This document shows positions 17,556 through 26,768 of a stretch of DNA of 64,000 nt, in pieces (position 1 is the first letter of the stretch; every line of letters starts with the position of its first letter). A model generated the notes under the pieces. The model was not told where the DNA came from, ran no database searches, and saw only the letters and a program-made list of their open reading frames with translations. Both the position numbers and the translations under genes were made by a program. The DNA is from Candidatus Bipolaricaulota bacterium (lineage in GTDB: Bacteria > Bipolaricaulota > Bipolaricaulia > UBA7950 > UBA9294), in the NCBI GenBank assembly GCA_041302525.1, contig JBFYQX010000052.1, forward strand, positions 1,518-65,517, read 5' to 3'.

Positions 17556-18273
17556 GGACGAACGGAAGGCGGAGACGCGCCACGCGAGGGACCGATCCCG
17601 CAACGGTAAGCGCGGTCCCGTTCTCCATCGGCGTCCACGATCCCGCAAGGTCGGCAAGCGGCTCGGAGGCGACGATCGCGCCCCGGGGCGTCTGCGTCCA
17701 CCAGAGCGTGTAGTACGCGCGCGCCGTGACGTCGCCCCACGCGCAGAACGCCCACAGCCCGCCCGGCCCGAGGAGAAGGACGTTGAGCGCGGTGACGTCA
17801 CGCAGGGCGCTCGCGGCGTCCTCGAACGCCTCGACCGGGTCGCGCCCAGCGAGTCTGGCCGCCATGCGGCGGAAGAACCGCTCCGAGTCCGTGCGCCCCC
17901 TGCCGTCATCCGGCTCGTCGCGCAGCGTCCCGTTGTGGCAGAAATGCCACGTTGCGCCGTCGATCTCAAGCGAGAACGGGTGGGCGTTGTCTACGCCGAG
18001 CCCGGCGACGGAGGCGAGGCGCGCGTGAAGGAGCCGCACGCGGCCCGCACGCACGTCGGCGAACGCCGGATCGTCCCAGCACGGCCGCGCGCCGCGGACG
18101 CGGCGCAGGGTCTCGCCGTCGTCGAGGACGGCGCCCCAGCCGTCACCATGCGCGAACGCGCCGAGCACCCTGTTCTTCTCGTGCAGCGCGTTCTCTCCAC
18201 GCGCCATCCGCAGGAACGGTGGGACGGCGGACGCACCGTCGATCCCGGGCAGGGCGGCCATCATGCGGCACAT
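17536..18273 (-). CDS. Class-II (Ntn-type) glutamine amidotransferase domain protein; a Cys follows the initiator Met (YafJ/EgtC-like)
   Basis: The chosen start MCRMMAALPG... places the nucleophilic Cys at position 2, as in class-II GATases. The track ORF begins 20 codons upstream. Confidence 0.65.
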   Translation of the reverse strand: MCRMMAALPGIDGASAVPPFLRMARGENALHEKNRVLGAFAHGDGWGAVLDDGETLRRVRGARPCWDDPAFADVRAGRVRLLHARLASVAGLGVDNAHPFSLEIDGATWHFCHNGTLRDEPDDGRGRTDSERFFRRMAARLAGRDPVEAFEDAASALRDVTALNVLLLGPGGLWAFCAWGDVTARAYYTLWWTQTPRGAIVASEPLADLAGSWTPMENGTALTVAGSVPRVARLRLPFVPTFGAA

Positions 18274-18347
18274 GCCGGCGAGTGTACCCGCAGGGACGCT
18301 GGCGAGACGGCACCCGGTCACCCTGTCCACCAATGGGAGGAGGAGTC

Positions 18348-19331
18348 ATGGATAAGACGGGGTTCCGCGCGTACCTCGCGACCCGACATGCCGACGAGGA
18401 ACTGACCCAGCGTTCGATCGCCTTGGCAGAGCGGTTCGCGACCCACGCGCGCGAGGCCTACGGCGCCGAACCGCAGCAGGCTTCAGGCGAAGCGGCGCGG
18501 TCCTTCGCGCGCGCGTTGATGACGACCGGCGAGAACACGTTCGATAACCTGCTGGCGGTCGCGCGGTTCGGTCGCTTCGTCGGAAACCACGAGGTTCTCA
18601 TCGCCGCGCTCGAGATCCTGGACGGACACGAAGCGCTCGGCAACCTGCAAGAGAAGGTCGGGCACGAGGCGGGCGCCCGTGCGCGTGACGAGGTCTTCGC
18701 CGGAGTCGACGTCCCGCCGCTCGGCGTCTCGAACCTCGACCGCGCGCGGCGCATGCGCGCGGTCGTCGAGCGGCTCGAGGCCCTCGTCGGCCGCGATGGG
18801 GCCGCGCGGCTCATCGGCCAGGGTCTGCGCGATCTCCCTGACGACGGCTTCGCCGGGCACAAGGCGGAGTACGAGGAGGCCGGCGGCGTCGACGAGTACC
18901 TGCGACGGAAGGGGGATCGCTTCATCGCTGAACTCAAGGCACTGCGCGACGCAGGCGACCTGTACTTCTCTCAGCCGGTCACCGACGCGGTCATCGCCTA
19001 CGTCGAGAGCCACCCCGAGATCCGCCAGGGCGTGCGCGTCGGCAACGTTCTCTACGAGGCCAAGATCCCGTACATGGCCGACGCGTACCTTCACGAGCGG
19101 GACCCGCGGAGGAAGGCCTACCTGTACTGCCACTGCCCGTGGGCTCGCGAGCTGCTTCAGACCGACGAGAACCCAGTTCCCGCTTCGTTCTGCGCCTGCA
19201 GCGGCGCCTTTCATCGCCGGCCGTACGAGGTGATCTTCGGACGACGGCTCGCGAGCCACGTCCTCGAGACGGTCCTCGCCGGAGATCCTTGGTGTCGGTT
19301 CGCGATCGTGCTCCCCGAGGACGTCGCGTAG
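18348..19331 (+). CDS. Hypothetical protein, 327 aa, with a C-terminal Cys/His cluster (YCHCPW...FCACSGAF)
   Basis: ATG 18348 follows GGGAGGAGGAG. No confident family assignment. Confidence 0.6.
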   Translation: MDKTGFRAYLATRHADEELTQRSIALAERFATHAREAYGAEPQQASGEAARSFARALMTTGENTFDNLLAVARFGRFVGNHEVLIAALEILDGHEALGNLQEKVGHEAGARARDEVFAGVDVPPLGVSNLDRARRMRAVVERLEALVGRDGAARLIGQGLRDLPDDGFAGHKAEYEEAGGVDEYLRRKGDRFIAELKALRDAGDLYFSQPVTDAVIAYVESHPEIRQGVRVGNVLYEAKIPYMADAYLHERDPRRKAYLYCHCPWARELLQTDENPVPASFCACSGAFHRRPYEVIFGRRLASHVLETVLAGDPWCRFAIVLPEDVA

Positions 19332-19347
19332 CCTGTCGTAGTCCGGC

Positions 19348-20571
19348 CTAGCCAATCAGGCCGAGCGCGCGCCCGACCGTGGCGAAGGTCTCGAGGACGC
19401 GATCCATCTGCTCGTCCGTGTGCGTCGCCATGTAGCTCGTCCGCAACAGCGCCTTGCCCTGTGGAACGGCGGGCGGGATCGCCACGTTGACGTAGACCCC
19501 CGCGTCGAACAAGGTGCGCCACGCGCGCATCGCGTCGAGCGAGTCGCCAATGAAGATCGGGATGATCGGCGTCTCGCTCTCGCCGATGTCAAATCCCAGC
19601 GCGCGGAGGTCCCGACGCATGCGTGCCGCGATCGCGTTCACGCGGTCGACGCGCTCAGGCTCTCGTTCCATCACGTCGAGCGCGGCGAGCGCGGCGGCGA
19701 CGTTGGGGGCCGGCGGGCTGGCGCTGAAGATGAGCGAGCGGGCGAGGTGCTGGATCCAATGGATCGCCGCCTCGTCGCCGGCCACGAAACCGCCGATCGA
19801 GGCGAACGCTTTGCTGAACGTGCCCACGATAAGGTCGACGTCGCCGGTCATCCCGAAGTGGGCCGCCGTGCCGCGCCCGCCGCCGAGGACGCCGACGGCG
19901 TGCGCGTCGTCGACCAGGAGCCGCGCCTCGTGCCTACGGCAGACCGGCGCGATGTCGGGAAGCCGGACGATCTCCCCGCCCATGCTGAACACGCCGTCCA
20001 CCACGACGAGCTTCCCCGCGCCGGCGGGACAAGCCGCGAGCACGCGGTCGAGGTCCTCGGGGTGGTTGTGGCGGAACCGCGCCATGCGCCCGAGGGCCAG
20101 GCGGCAGCCGTCGACGATGCTCGCGTGGTCCTCCTTGTCGCAGACGACGATGTCGCTGCGACCGACGAGCGCGGACAGGACGCCGAGGTTGGCCTGATAC
20201 CCCGTGCTGAAGACGAGCGCCTTTTCCTTACCGACGAACTGCGCCAGTCGGTCTTCGAGCTCGCCGTGCAGGGCGAGGGTGCCGTTCAGAAACCGCGACC
20301 CTGTACAGCTCGTGCCGAACTGACGGATCGCGCGAATCGCCGCCTCACGGACTTCGGGGTGGGTGGTCAGACCCAGGTAGTTGTTCGATCCGAGCATGAC
20401 GAGCCGCCGCCCCTGGATCCGAACCTCGGTGCCCTCGGTCTCGTCCAGCGGGATGAAGAACGGGTAGACGCTCATCTCCTTCAACCGGTTGGGGCTCGCT
20501 GGATATCCCATGCTCTCCGCCACGCGGGGGTCGGAGAAGAATGCTCGGCACTTGGCAAACAGGTCTGTCAC
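19348..20571 (-). CDS. Alpha-oxoamine synthase family PLP enzyme, closest in motifs to serine palmitoyltransferase (SPT)
   Basis: 407 aa. The GTFSKAFASIGGF PLP-lysine motif is the SPT-type GTFSKSF, unlike BioF GTLSKALG or Kbl GTLGKALGG. The fold-type I AOS family is supported across the sequence. Confidence 0.85.
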   Translation of the reverse strand: MTDLFAKCRAFFSDPRVAESMGYPASPNRLKEMSVYPFFIPLDETEGTEVRIQGRRLVMLGSNNYLGLTTHPEVREAAIRAIRQFGTSCTGSRFLNGTLALHGELEDRLAQFVGKEKALVFSTGYQANLGVLSALVGRSDIVVCDKEDHASIVDGCRLALGRMARFRHNHPEDLDRVLAACPAGAGKLVVVDGVFSMGGEIVRLPDIAPVCRRHEARLLVDDAHAVGVLGGGRGTAAHFGMTGDVDLIVGTFSKAFASIGGFVAGDEAAIHWIQHLARSLIFSASPPAPNVAAALAALDVMEREPERVDRVNAIAARMRRDLRALGFDIGESETPIIPIFIGDSLDAMRAWRTLFDAGVYVNVAIPPAVPQGKALLRTSYMATHTDEQMDRVLETFATVGRALGLIG

Positions 20572-21449
20572 GTCGTCCTCCCTCGCCGCGGGGCCGACCG
20601 GTCGTCCACGCGGTACGTGGCCGCGAGCATCGCCTCAAAGGCCCGACTGGGCAGGATCTTCTTCAGCTGCAAGGCAGCACGCTGCATGGCCGGCCCGACC
20701 GTGTAGCGCAGGCGCGGCCGACGGGCCACCAGAATCCGGCAGACCCGACGAGCGACTGGCTCGGGCGTCCGAGCCCCGCGTTCGTCTCGTTCGATGACCT
20801 CCAGGGCGCGGGCAAAGGCCTCCTGATAGGCGCTTCCTGCGCCCGCGTTGCGCAGACGCGTCCGCCGGTCAGTGAACGCCGTGTGGAAATCCCCGGGCTC
20901 GACGAGAACGACGCGAATGCCGTGCGCTCGAACCTCGAGGCTCAGCGCCTCGGCAAGGCCTTCCAGGGCGAACTTGGTCGCGCTGTACAGCCCCTGGAAC
21001 GGCAGTCCGATCCGCCCGCCGATCGATGAGACGAGGACGATCGTGCCGCCGCCCTGCGCGCGCATCGCCGGCAGGACCTCGCGGCACACACGGAGCGCGC
21101 CCAGCAGGTTCGTCTCGAGAATCGCGCAAGCCTCGTCGTCGCTCGCGTCTTCGAGCGCCCCGCCGATCCCGAATCCGGCGCAGTGAACGACGCTGTCGAG
21201 ACGGCCGTCGGCCAAAATGCACGCGACCGCCTCGCGGACCGAGTCGGCGCGGTCGACGTCGAGGCGAACCGCCTCGATGCGTGCCCCGGGGCCGAGGTCG
21301 CGCCGCAGGTCGGCCCCGAGTTCGTCAGAGGGGCGACGCGACGCAGCATAGACGAGCGCCCCGCGCCGCCCGAGCTCGAGTGCGCAGGCGCGCCCGATGC
21401 CGGAGGAGGCTCCGGTCACCAGCACGATCGACTCCTGGACGCGACGCAT
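20568..21449 (-). CDS. Classical short-chain dehydrogenase/reductase (SDR), a candidate 3-ketodihydrosphingosine reductase
   Basis: VTGASSGIGR cofactor motif and the YSATK catalytic motif. Its stop overlaps the SPT-like start (ATGA). Confidence 0.85.
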   Translation of the reverse strand: MRRVQESIVLVTGASSGIGRACALELGRRGALVYAASRRPSDELGADLRRDLGPGARIEAVRLDVDRADSVREAVACILADGRLDSVVHCAGFGIGGALEDASDDEACAILETNLLGALRVCREVLPAMRAQGGGTIVLVSSIGGRIGLPFQGLYSATKFALEGLAEALSLEVRAHGIRVVLVEPGDFHTAFTDRRTRLRNAGAGSAYQEAFARALEVIERDERGARTPEPVARRVCRILVARRPRLRYTVGPAMQRAALQLKKILPSRAFEAMLAATYRVDDRSAPRRGRTT

Positions 21450-22009
21450 CAGGAAGCCTCCCTCGCGACATCTCGGCCCGCGCGGAGCCGGTCGATCGTC
21501 GCCAGATCGAGCCGGCCGGCCTGCCCCCAGCCCGCCCGGCCCGCGGTCGCCGCGGGACGCATCGCCATGTACAAGTCCATCGCCTGTGCGTTGAGCCGGT
21601 CCGGCTCGTAGGTCGCGGCGAGCGCAACGAGCTTGGCCTCGATCAGGCCCTGGGACTCCTTAAACTTCGCCGTGAGGGTTCGCCGCACGCTTGCCGGGTC
21701 GATCGGCGCGGCGTCGGCCAGCGCCCGCAGCCCTTCCGCGGTGCGCACGCAGGGGACGGTTCTTCCCATGAGTTCGACGGTCTGCACGCCAAGGTCCCGC
21801 CGTCGGCTCTCGATCTCGTCGCGCACGGCCGCCGGACGGCGCGCGGCGAGTCCCAGGCGCACCGCCTTCGCGGCCGCCGTCTGGCCGGCGATTGCCCGCC
21901 CCAACGTGAGCGCCTCGTCGGGCGCGTACCCAAGGCGCCGCGCCACGACGGACGCCCACAACGTGAGGAACGGGGCGCGATTGACGAGGATCTCGGGCGT
22001 CGCGTCCAT
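21449..22009 (-). CDS. Hypothetical protein, 186 aa; first gene of the putative hypothetical-SDR-SPT operon
   Basis: The start MDATPEILV was chosen. Its stop overlaps the SDR start. No family recognised. Confidence 0.5.
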   Translation of the reverse strand: MDATPEILVNRAPFLTLWASVVARRLGYAPDEALTLGRAIAGQTAAAKAVRLGLAARRPAAVRDEIESRRRDLGVQTVELMGRTVPCVRTAEGLRALADAAPIDPASVRRTLTAKFKESQGLIEAKLVALAATYEPDRLNAQAMDLYMAMRPAATAGRAGWGQAGRLDLATIDRLRAGRDVAREAS

Positions 22010-22031
22010 CGAAAGCGCTCCGCCGCGGCCG

Positions 22032-22253
22032 CTAGACGGCCTCGACCGTGACCACGCCCGGCACGCGCTCTTTGACGATGCGTTCAATCCCGTTCTTGAT
22101 CGTCATCATCGACATCGGGCAGCCGTGACAGGCTCCCTGAAGCCGAACGCGAACGACGCCGCCCTCGGTCACCTCGACGAGCTCAACGTCGCCGCCGTCG
22201 GCCACGAGCATCGGACGGACGGTCTCCAAGGCCTCCAGAACCTTCTCGAACAT
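22032..22253 (-). CDS. NifU-like (Nfu-type) Fe-S cluster scaffold domain protein
   Basis: MFEKVLEALETVRPMLVADGGDVELVEV...CHGCPMSMMTIKNGIERIVKERVPGV. The CxxC motif and architecture match Nfu. Confidence 0.8.
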   Translation of the reverse strand: MFEKVLEALETVRPMLVADGGDVELVEVTEGGVVRVRLQGACHGCPMSMMTIKNGIERIVKERVPGVVTVEAV

Positions 22254-22383
22254 GCGTGCTGTCTCCTTCCGCGCCGCGGCGCGCCCGACACCCGGAGGGT
22301 AAGAGTACCCGCTGCACGCGAACACCTCATGCCGCGCGGCGGCAAAAAGAGACGCGCCGCCCTTGAGGCGACGCGTTACCTAT

Positions 22384-22413
22384 TATATACGTCGCCGGGG
22401 CGAGGCATGTCAA
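22384..22413 (-). promoter_or_regulatory. Candidate sigma70 promoter on the minus strand for the NifU-like gene: TTGACA-18 nt-TATATAAT
   Basis: Minus-strand TTGACA is the reverse complement of 22408-22413; TATATAAT is the reverse complement of about 22381-22389. This is a striking AT-rich patch in a high-GC background. Confidence 0.4.
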
Positions 22414-22456
22414 GGGTCGATCGACCGGCCTCACAAACCGCGGCCAGTTCGCACGG

Positions 22457-22756
22457 CTACGGCCTGTACAGACAGTGATACGCTGTCGGGACGCGCACGG
22501 CGAGGTGGAACCTCTGGCCTGCGCCCACCTCAAACGACTGCCCGCTGCGAAACGTCCGGTCACGCTCGGTTCCCGGCAGCCGCACGGTCAGCTCGCCGTC
22601 GATGACGGTCATCACCTCGACGCTCGTCGTCGAGAAGTCGTACGCCCCCGGCAGCATGACCCCGACCGTGGCCCGACCGTGCGCGCCGTCCAACGCGATC
22701 GACTTCACGCTGCCCTCGTGGTACTCGTTCACCTTGAGCGTCACCAGACCTCCCAT
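22457..22756 (-). CDS. ppnP: Pyrimidine/purine nucleoside phosphorylase PpnP (YaiE, DUF1255 cupin)
   Basis: The 99-aa sequence aligns with PpnP along its whole length (NEYHEGSVKSI..., GVMLPGAYDFST..., EVMTVIDGEL..., FHL.V..PTAY.C.Y). Confidence 0.8.
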   Translation of the reverse strand: MGGLVTLKVNEYHEGSVKSIALDGAHGRATVGVMLPGAYDFSTTSVEVMTVIDGELTVRLPGTERDRTFRSGQSFEVGAGQRFHLAVRVPTAYHCLYRP

Positions 22757-22924
22757 CCGTCGGCAGTATACGCCGGCGCGGCGCGGCGGGCCGGCTTGGC
22801 GGGAAACGCCTCTCGGGCGCCGGGGTCAGACGCGACGCGCGCAGGTGCTCGATCGCGCGCGGGCGGCATCCTCCCTGTCCTTGCCCGTTCCCCGTCCAGC
22901 GAGTATCTCTTGAGCGGAGGGGCG

Positions 22925-23182
22925 ATGAAAGCCAAAGAGCGTCAGCCAAAAGACCGAGACCTGGACGAGCGACCGTTCGGTGACTCGCACTTCACCGCAC
23001 TGCGCCGCGATGTGCGGCCGCGCGCGAAGCCCCACGCCCCGCGTCGGGATGCCGAGCCTCCGCTGCCCGGCGATCCGTCACGCTACGCATGGCACGACGG
23101 CGTCCTCGATGACCTCGATCCCCGGCCGTCCCGGCGTTCGGGCCGCATCCACGCCGGCCGCGGCGCGGACGCTCGCCCGTAA
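22925..23182 (+). CDS. Possible small basic hypothetical protein, 85 aa
   Basis: ATG 22925 follows GGAGGGG. No homology recognised. Could be spurious. Confidence 0.3.
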   Translation: MKAKERQPKDRDLDERPFGDSHFTALRRDVRPRAKPHAPRRDAEPPLPGDPSRYAWHDGVLDDLDPRPSRRSGRIHAGRGADARP

Positions 23183-23189
23183 GAGCCCG

Positions 23190-23741
23190 TCAGGCGCCCT
23201 GTTCGGCCAACACCAAGTACCGCTGGTAGGCGGCCTCTTCGCGCGACGGCACGAGGAAGTCGTACGCGGCCATCCCGAAGCTCGCGACCGCGGAGTAGAG
23301 CCAATCGTACGCACTGAACAGGTTCATCGGGTACACGATCGTGGCGATGCCCGCGGCCACGTTTCCTACGCCTGACAAGACGCGGTCACGTCGGCCCTGG
23401 TCGGCCAGCCGCCCGAGCGCGAGGGCTGCGGCGACCTCCGAGTCTGCTTGCTTCGCTTCGGTTTCCGCAGGACTTGGAACGAGCAGGAGAATCGCACCGG
23501 GCAGGGCCGTCGCGCCCGCAGCGAGGTAGCCATACAGCAAGAGGTCCGTGCCCGTGAGGAGCACGGCGCTGGCGACGCCGATCGCCGCCCCAATCCCGAG
23601 GCTCACCCAGCCCGACGCCACGCGCTCGGCGCGCGCGGACGCCGCAAGATCGTCAAGCACGTCCTGGGCGGGGCCGGCGTAGACTCCCGTGACCCCCAAC
23701 GCGAGAACGAGCACTGCCACTCCAGAGACTTTCCCGATCAC
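23190..23741 (-). CDS. Hypothetical integral membrane protein, 183 aa
   Basis: Several hydrophobic helices (MIGKVSGVAVLVLALGVTGVYAG...). Confidence 0.55.
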   Translation of the reverse strand: MIGKVSGVAVLVLALGVTGVYAGPAQDVLDDLAASARAERVASGWVSLGIGAAIGVASAVLLTGTDLLLYGYLAAGATALPGAILLLVPSPAETEAKQADSEVAAALALGRLADQGRRDRVLSGVGNVAAGIATIVYPMNLFSAYDWLYSAVASFGMAAYDFLVPSREEAAYQRYLVLAEQGA

Positions 23742-23832
23742 CTCTTCCTCCTTCTCTCCCCTGGCTGGCAGTGTAGGCGCGCCGCCCGCGGGAAGGAAGT
23801 GGCGGAGCCCCTTCTCGCACTCGCCCCGCTCG

Positions 23833-25902
23833 CTACGCGCGCGCCGCCCGACGCGCCTCGACGATGCTCTCGGAGATGCTGTAGGGGACCGTCTCGTAGT
23901 GCTCGAACTGCATGGTGAATGTGCCCCGCCCGCTGGTCAGGTTCCTGACCTCCGACGCGTAGCCGAACATCTCGGCGAGCGGCACGGACGCGCGCAGCAT
24001 GACGGCGTTGGCGCGGGAGTCCATGCCGGCGATCCGTCCCCTCTTGCTGCAGAGGTTCCCGGTGAGCGGCCCGGTGTACTCCTCTGGGGCGGTGACCTCC
24101 ACGCTCATGATCGGCTCGAGGAGCTCGAGCCCGGCCGCGAGACACGCCTCGCGGAATCCCATGCGCCCGCACGTTCGGAACGCCTGCTCTGACGAGTCCA
24201 CCTCATGCATCGAGCCGTCGGTGATCGTGACGCGGATGTCGACCATCGGGAACCCCGCGTAGGGTCCGCTCGTCATCTCCTCGACAATGCCCCGCTCGAT
24301 CGCTGCGAGGTACTCGCGCGAGATCTTGCCGCCCGACACCTCGTCTTCGAACTGGAACCCGGAGCCGGGCTCGCTCGGCTCAATGCGGAAGACCATGTGC
24401 GCGTACTGGCCGCGCCCGCCGGTCTGCTTGACGTGTCGGTACTCGTGCTCGACAGGGGCGAGGATCGTCTCGCGGTAGGCAACCTGCGGGCGATCCGACG
24501 TCACCGCAACGCCGAACTCCCGCCGCAACCGGTCGACGATGATCTCGAGGTGCAGCTCGCCCATGCCCGAGATGACGACCTCGCCGGTCTCGGCGTCCGA
24601 ACGCACGATGAACGTCGGGTCTTCGTCGGCCAACCGATGCAGGGCCTGCGACAGCTTGTCGCGGTCGTCGCGCGACTCCGGGCGAACGGCCACGCCGATG
24701 ACCGGCGCGGGAAACTCGATCGACTCGAGAACGATGGGGTGATCGGGGCTGCACAGCGTGTGCCCCGTCAGCGTATCGCTCAACCCGACGGCGGCTCCGA
24801 CGTCGCCGGCCTGTAGAGCCTCGATCGGCTCGCGATCGTTCGCGTGCATCTCGAACAGCCGCCCGACGCGCTGTGCCTTGCCGATCGACGAGTTGAGGAG
24901 GTGGGCTCCGCTCTCCAGGCGGCCGGAGTAGATGCGCACGTAGGTCAGCTTCCCCATGTGGCGGTCCGACTGGATCTTGAACGCCAACGCCGCAAGCGGC
25001 CCGTCGGCGCGCGGGTGGCGAATCAGCTCGCCGTCCGTCTCGGCGCTGACCCCAATGACCGGAGGAAGGTCCACGGGCGACGGGAGGAAGTCGACGATCG
25101 CGTCGAGCAGCCGCCGGACGCCCTTGTTCTTGAACCCCGCGCCGCACAAGACGGGAATGAACCGCCCCTCGATCGTGGCGCGGCGGATGGCCGCGACGAT
25201 CTCGTCCCGCTCCGGCACGACGCCCTCGATGAACTTCTCCATCAAGAGGTCATCCTGCTCGCTGATCCGTTCGATCAACTCGGCGTGCGCCGCGCGCGCC
25301 GTCTCGAGGAGATCGGGCGGGATCGGCTCCTCGCGCACGTCCGTGCCGTGCGGCGACTCGTCGTAGTACAGGGCCTTCATGTCCATGAGGTCGACGATCC
25401 CGCGGAAGTCCGACTCGGCGCCGATCGGGATGACCACCGGGACCGCATTGGCGCCCAGCTCCTGGCGGATCTCCTCGACGACTCGCCAGAAGTCGGCCCC
25501 CGTGCGGTCCATCTTGTTCACGAACGCGATGCGCGGAACCCCGTACTTGTCGGCCTGCCGCCAGACGGTCTCCGCCTGAGGTTGCACGCCGCCGACCGCG
25601 CAGAACAGCGCCACAGTGCCATCCAGGACGCGCAGGCTGCGCTCCACCTCGGCCGTGAAGTCGACGTGCCCCGGCGTGTCGATCACGTTGATGCGGTGAC
25701 CTCGCCAGTAGGTCGTCGTGGCGGCCGACGTGATCGTGATCCCGCGCTCCTGCTCCTGGACCATCCAATCCATCTTGGCTTCGCCATCGTGGACTTCGCC
25801 CAGCTTGTGGCGCTTCCCGGTGAAGAAGAGGATCCGTTCCGTCACGGTGGTCTTGCCGGCGTCGATGTGGGCCATGATGCCCACATTGCGGATCCGGTCC
25901 AT
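23833..25902 (-). CDS. fusA: Elongation factor G paralogue (EF-G2-like); not located in an str operon
   Basis: 690 aa from [19 protein letters not shown]. Carries G1-G4 motifs ([12 protein letters not shown]) and full EF-G domains II-V. Confidence 0.9.
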   Translation of the reverse strand: MDRIRNVGIMAHIDAGKTTVTERILFFTGKRHKLGEVHDGEAKMDWMVQEQERGITITSAATTTYWRGHRINVIDTPGHVDFTAEVERSLRVLDGTVALFCAVGGVQPQAETVWRQADKYGVPRIAFVNKMDRTGADFWRVVEEIRQELGANAVPVVIPIGAESDFRGIVDLMDMKALYYDESPHGTDVREEPIPPDLLETARAAHAELIERISEQDDLLMEKFIEGVVPERDEIVAAIRRATIEGRFIPVLCGAGFKNKGVRRLLDAIVDFLPSPVDLPPVIGVSAETDGELIRHPRADGPLAALAFKIQSDRHMGKLTYVRIYSGRLESGAHLLNSSIGKAQRVGRLFEMHANDREPIEALQAGDVGAAVGLSDTLTGHTLCSPDHPIVLESIEFPAPVIGVAVRPESRDDRDKLSQALHRLADEDPTFIVRSDAETGEVVISGMGELHLEIIVDRLRREFGVAVTSDRPQVAYRETILAPVEHEYRHVKQTGGRGQYAHMVFRIEPSEPGSGFQFEDEVSGGKISREYLAAIERGIVEEMTSGPYAGFPMVDIRVTITDGSMHEVDSSEQAFRTCGRMGFREACLAAGLELLEPIMSVEVTAPEEYTGPLTGNLCSKRGRIAGMDSRANAVMLRASVPLAEMFGYASEVRNLTSGRGTFTMQFEHYETVPYSISESIVEARRAARA

Positions 25903-26246
25903 GGGTGTCGATGTGCTCAAGTGCCCTCCCCGTTTTCCGCGACCAACGTCTGTCCCTCTGGAGATCCCGCGGAGTGGGCGGTGCGCACGGGGCACGTCGC
26001 TGCGTCTCGAGACGCGACGCTGGGCTCGTCGGCCACGCGGCCGCCCGAGGGGAGACAACCCGGAAAACAGACGGGAAGCGTACGGAAGCGGCTCGCTGGT
26101 GTCAACCGCTCGCGCGATCCCCGGCGCGACGCGCGGCACGATTCACGGCGTGCCGACACGCTGCTCACACGGCGCGCACAGGGAGAGGACACACTTGATG
26201 ACGTGAGGTGTAAGGAAAAGGGACGTCGCAGACGATAGGAGGAGAC

Positions 26247-26417
26247 ATGCCGAAGAAGGAACTCGTTGACAAGGTGAGCATCTACGTGCCGAAGTCGAAG
26301 TCGGGCATGAAGCCGGTCGAGCGGCTGATGAGGATCGGCGAGAAGAAGGATCGCTCGGTGAACTACCTCGTGGTCGAGGCGATCCTCCAGTATCTCGAGC
26401 GCGAGGAGAAGCTCTAG
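26247..26417 (+). CDS. Ribbon-helix-helix (CopG/Arc/MetJ-like) small DNA-binding protein, 56 aa
   Basis: AGGAGGAG RBS precedes the ATG. The C-terminal RSVNYLVVEAILQYLEREE is a typical RHH helix pair. Below the track ORF length cutoff. Confidence 0.5.
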   Translation: MPKKELVDKVSIYVPKSKSGMKPVERLMRIGEKKDRSVNYLVVEAILQYLEREEKL

Positions 26418-26484
26418 CCCTAGCCGTACGTCGGCGCCCTGGACACGGCCCGCTGCACAACGCATGGACGTGTCGAGGGCGTAG

Positions 26485-26646
26485 CTACTCCTCGATCATC
26501 TTGCGCACGGCCTCCGCCATCGCGACCTGGGACTTGGCATCAATCCACGCGAGGATCTTGCGCCAGGCAAACGGGATGCCCGCCGCCAGCATCAGGGCGA
26601 CGAGCGCCCAGGCCGACGCGGAGATGAGCTTCGCGATCCCTTCCAT
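26485..26646 (-). CDS. Small single-TM membrane protein, 53 aa
   Basis: MEGIAKLISASAWALVALMLAAGIPFAWRKILAWIDAKSQVAMAEAVRKMIEE. A very strong RBS GGAGGGAGGG precedes the ATG. The track ORF 26485..27165 extends over this with a spurious upstream portion. Confidence 0.45.
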   Translation of the reverse strand: MEGIAKLISASAWALVALMLAAGIPFAWRKILAWIDAKSQVAMAEAVRKMIEE

Positions 26647-26647
26647 A

Positions 26648-26756
26648 CGCCCTCCCTCCGTCCGGGGACGCCCGAATCCTGAACGGCCGTCGCCGGGACC
26701 CTGAGCCGGAGGGAGGGCCCCAAGGCGGCCGCCCTCCCCCGCAGCCAGGATTCCGG
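26648..26756 (-). promoter_or_regulatory. Structured 5' leader of the small membrane-protein gene. Two inverted-repeat pairs are interleaved: a 12-nt anti-SD that can sequester the SD (GCCCTCCCTCCG with CGGAGGGAGGGC) and GAATCCTG with CAGGATTC.
   Basis: Plus-strand elements are A 26649-26660, B 26672-26681, A' 26707-26718, B' 26746-26756, and a GGCGGCCGCC palindrome at 26725-26734. On the minus-strand RNA the order is B'rc, anti-SD, Brc, SD, AUG. Confidence 0.4.
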
Positions 26757-26768
26757 CGCAGCGCGCGC

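Noticed and set aside
26140-26246. Promoter or operator upstream of the RHH gene (TTGATG...; imperfect CACAC/GTGT repeat)
   Set aside because: Elements are too imperfect to call. Noted only as a place to look if the RHH protein is autoregulatory.
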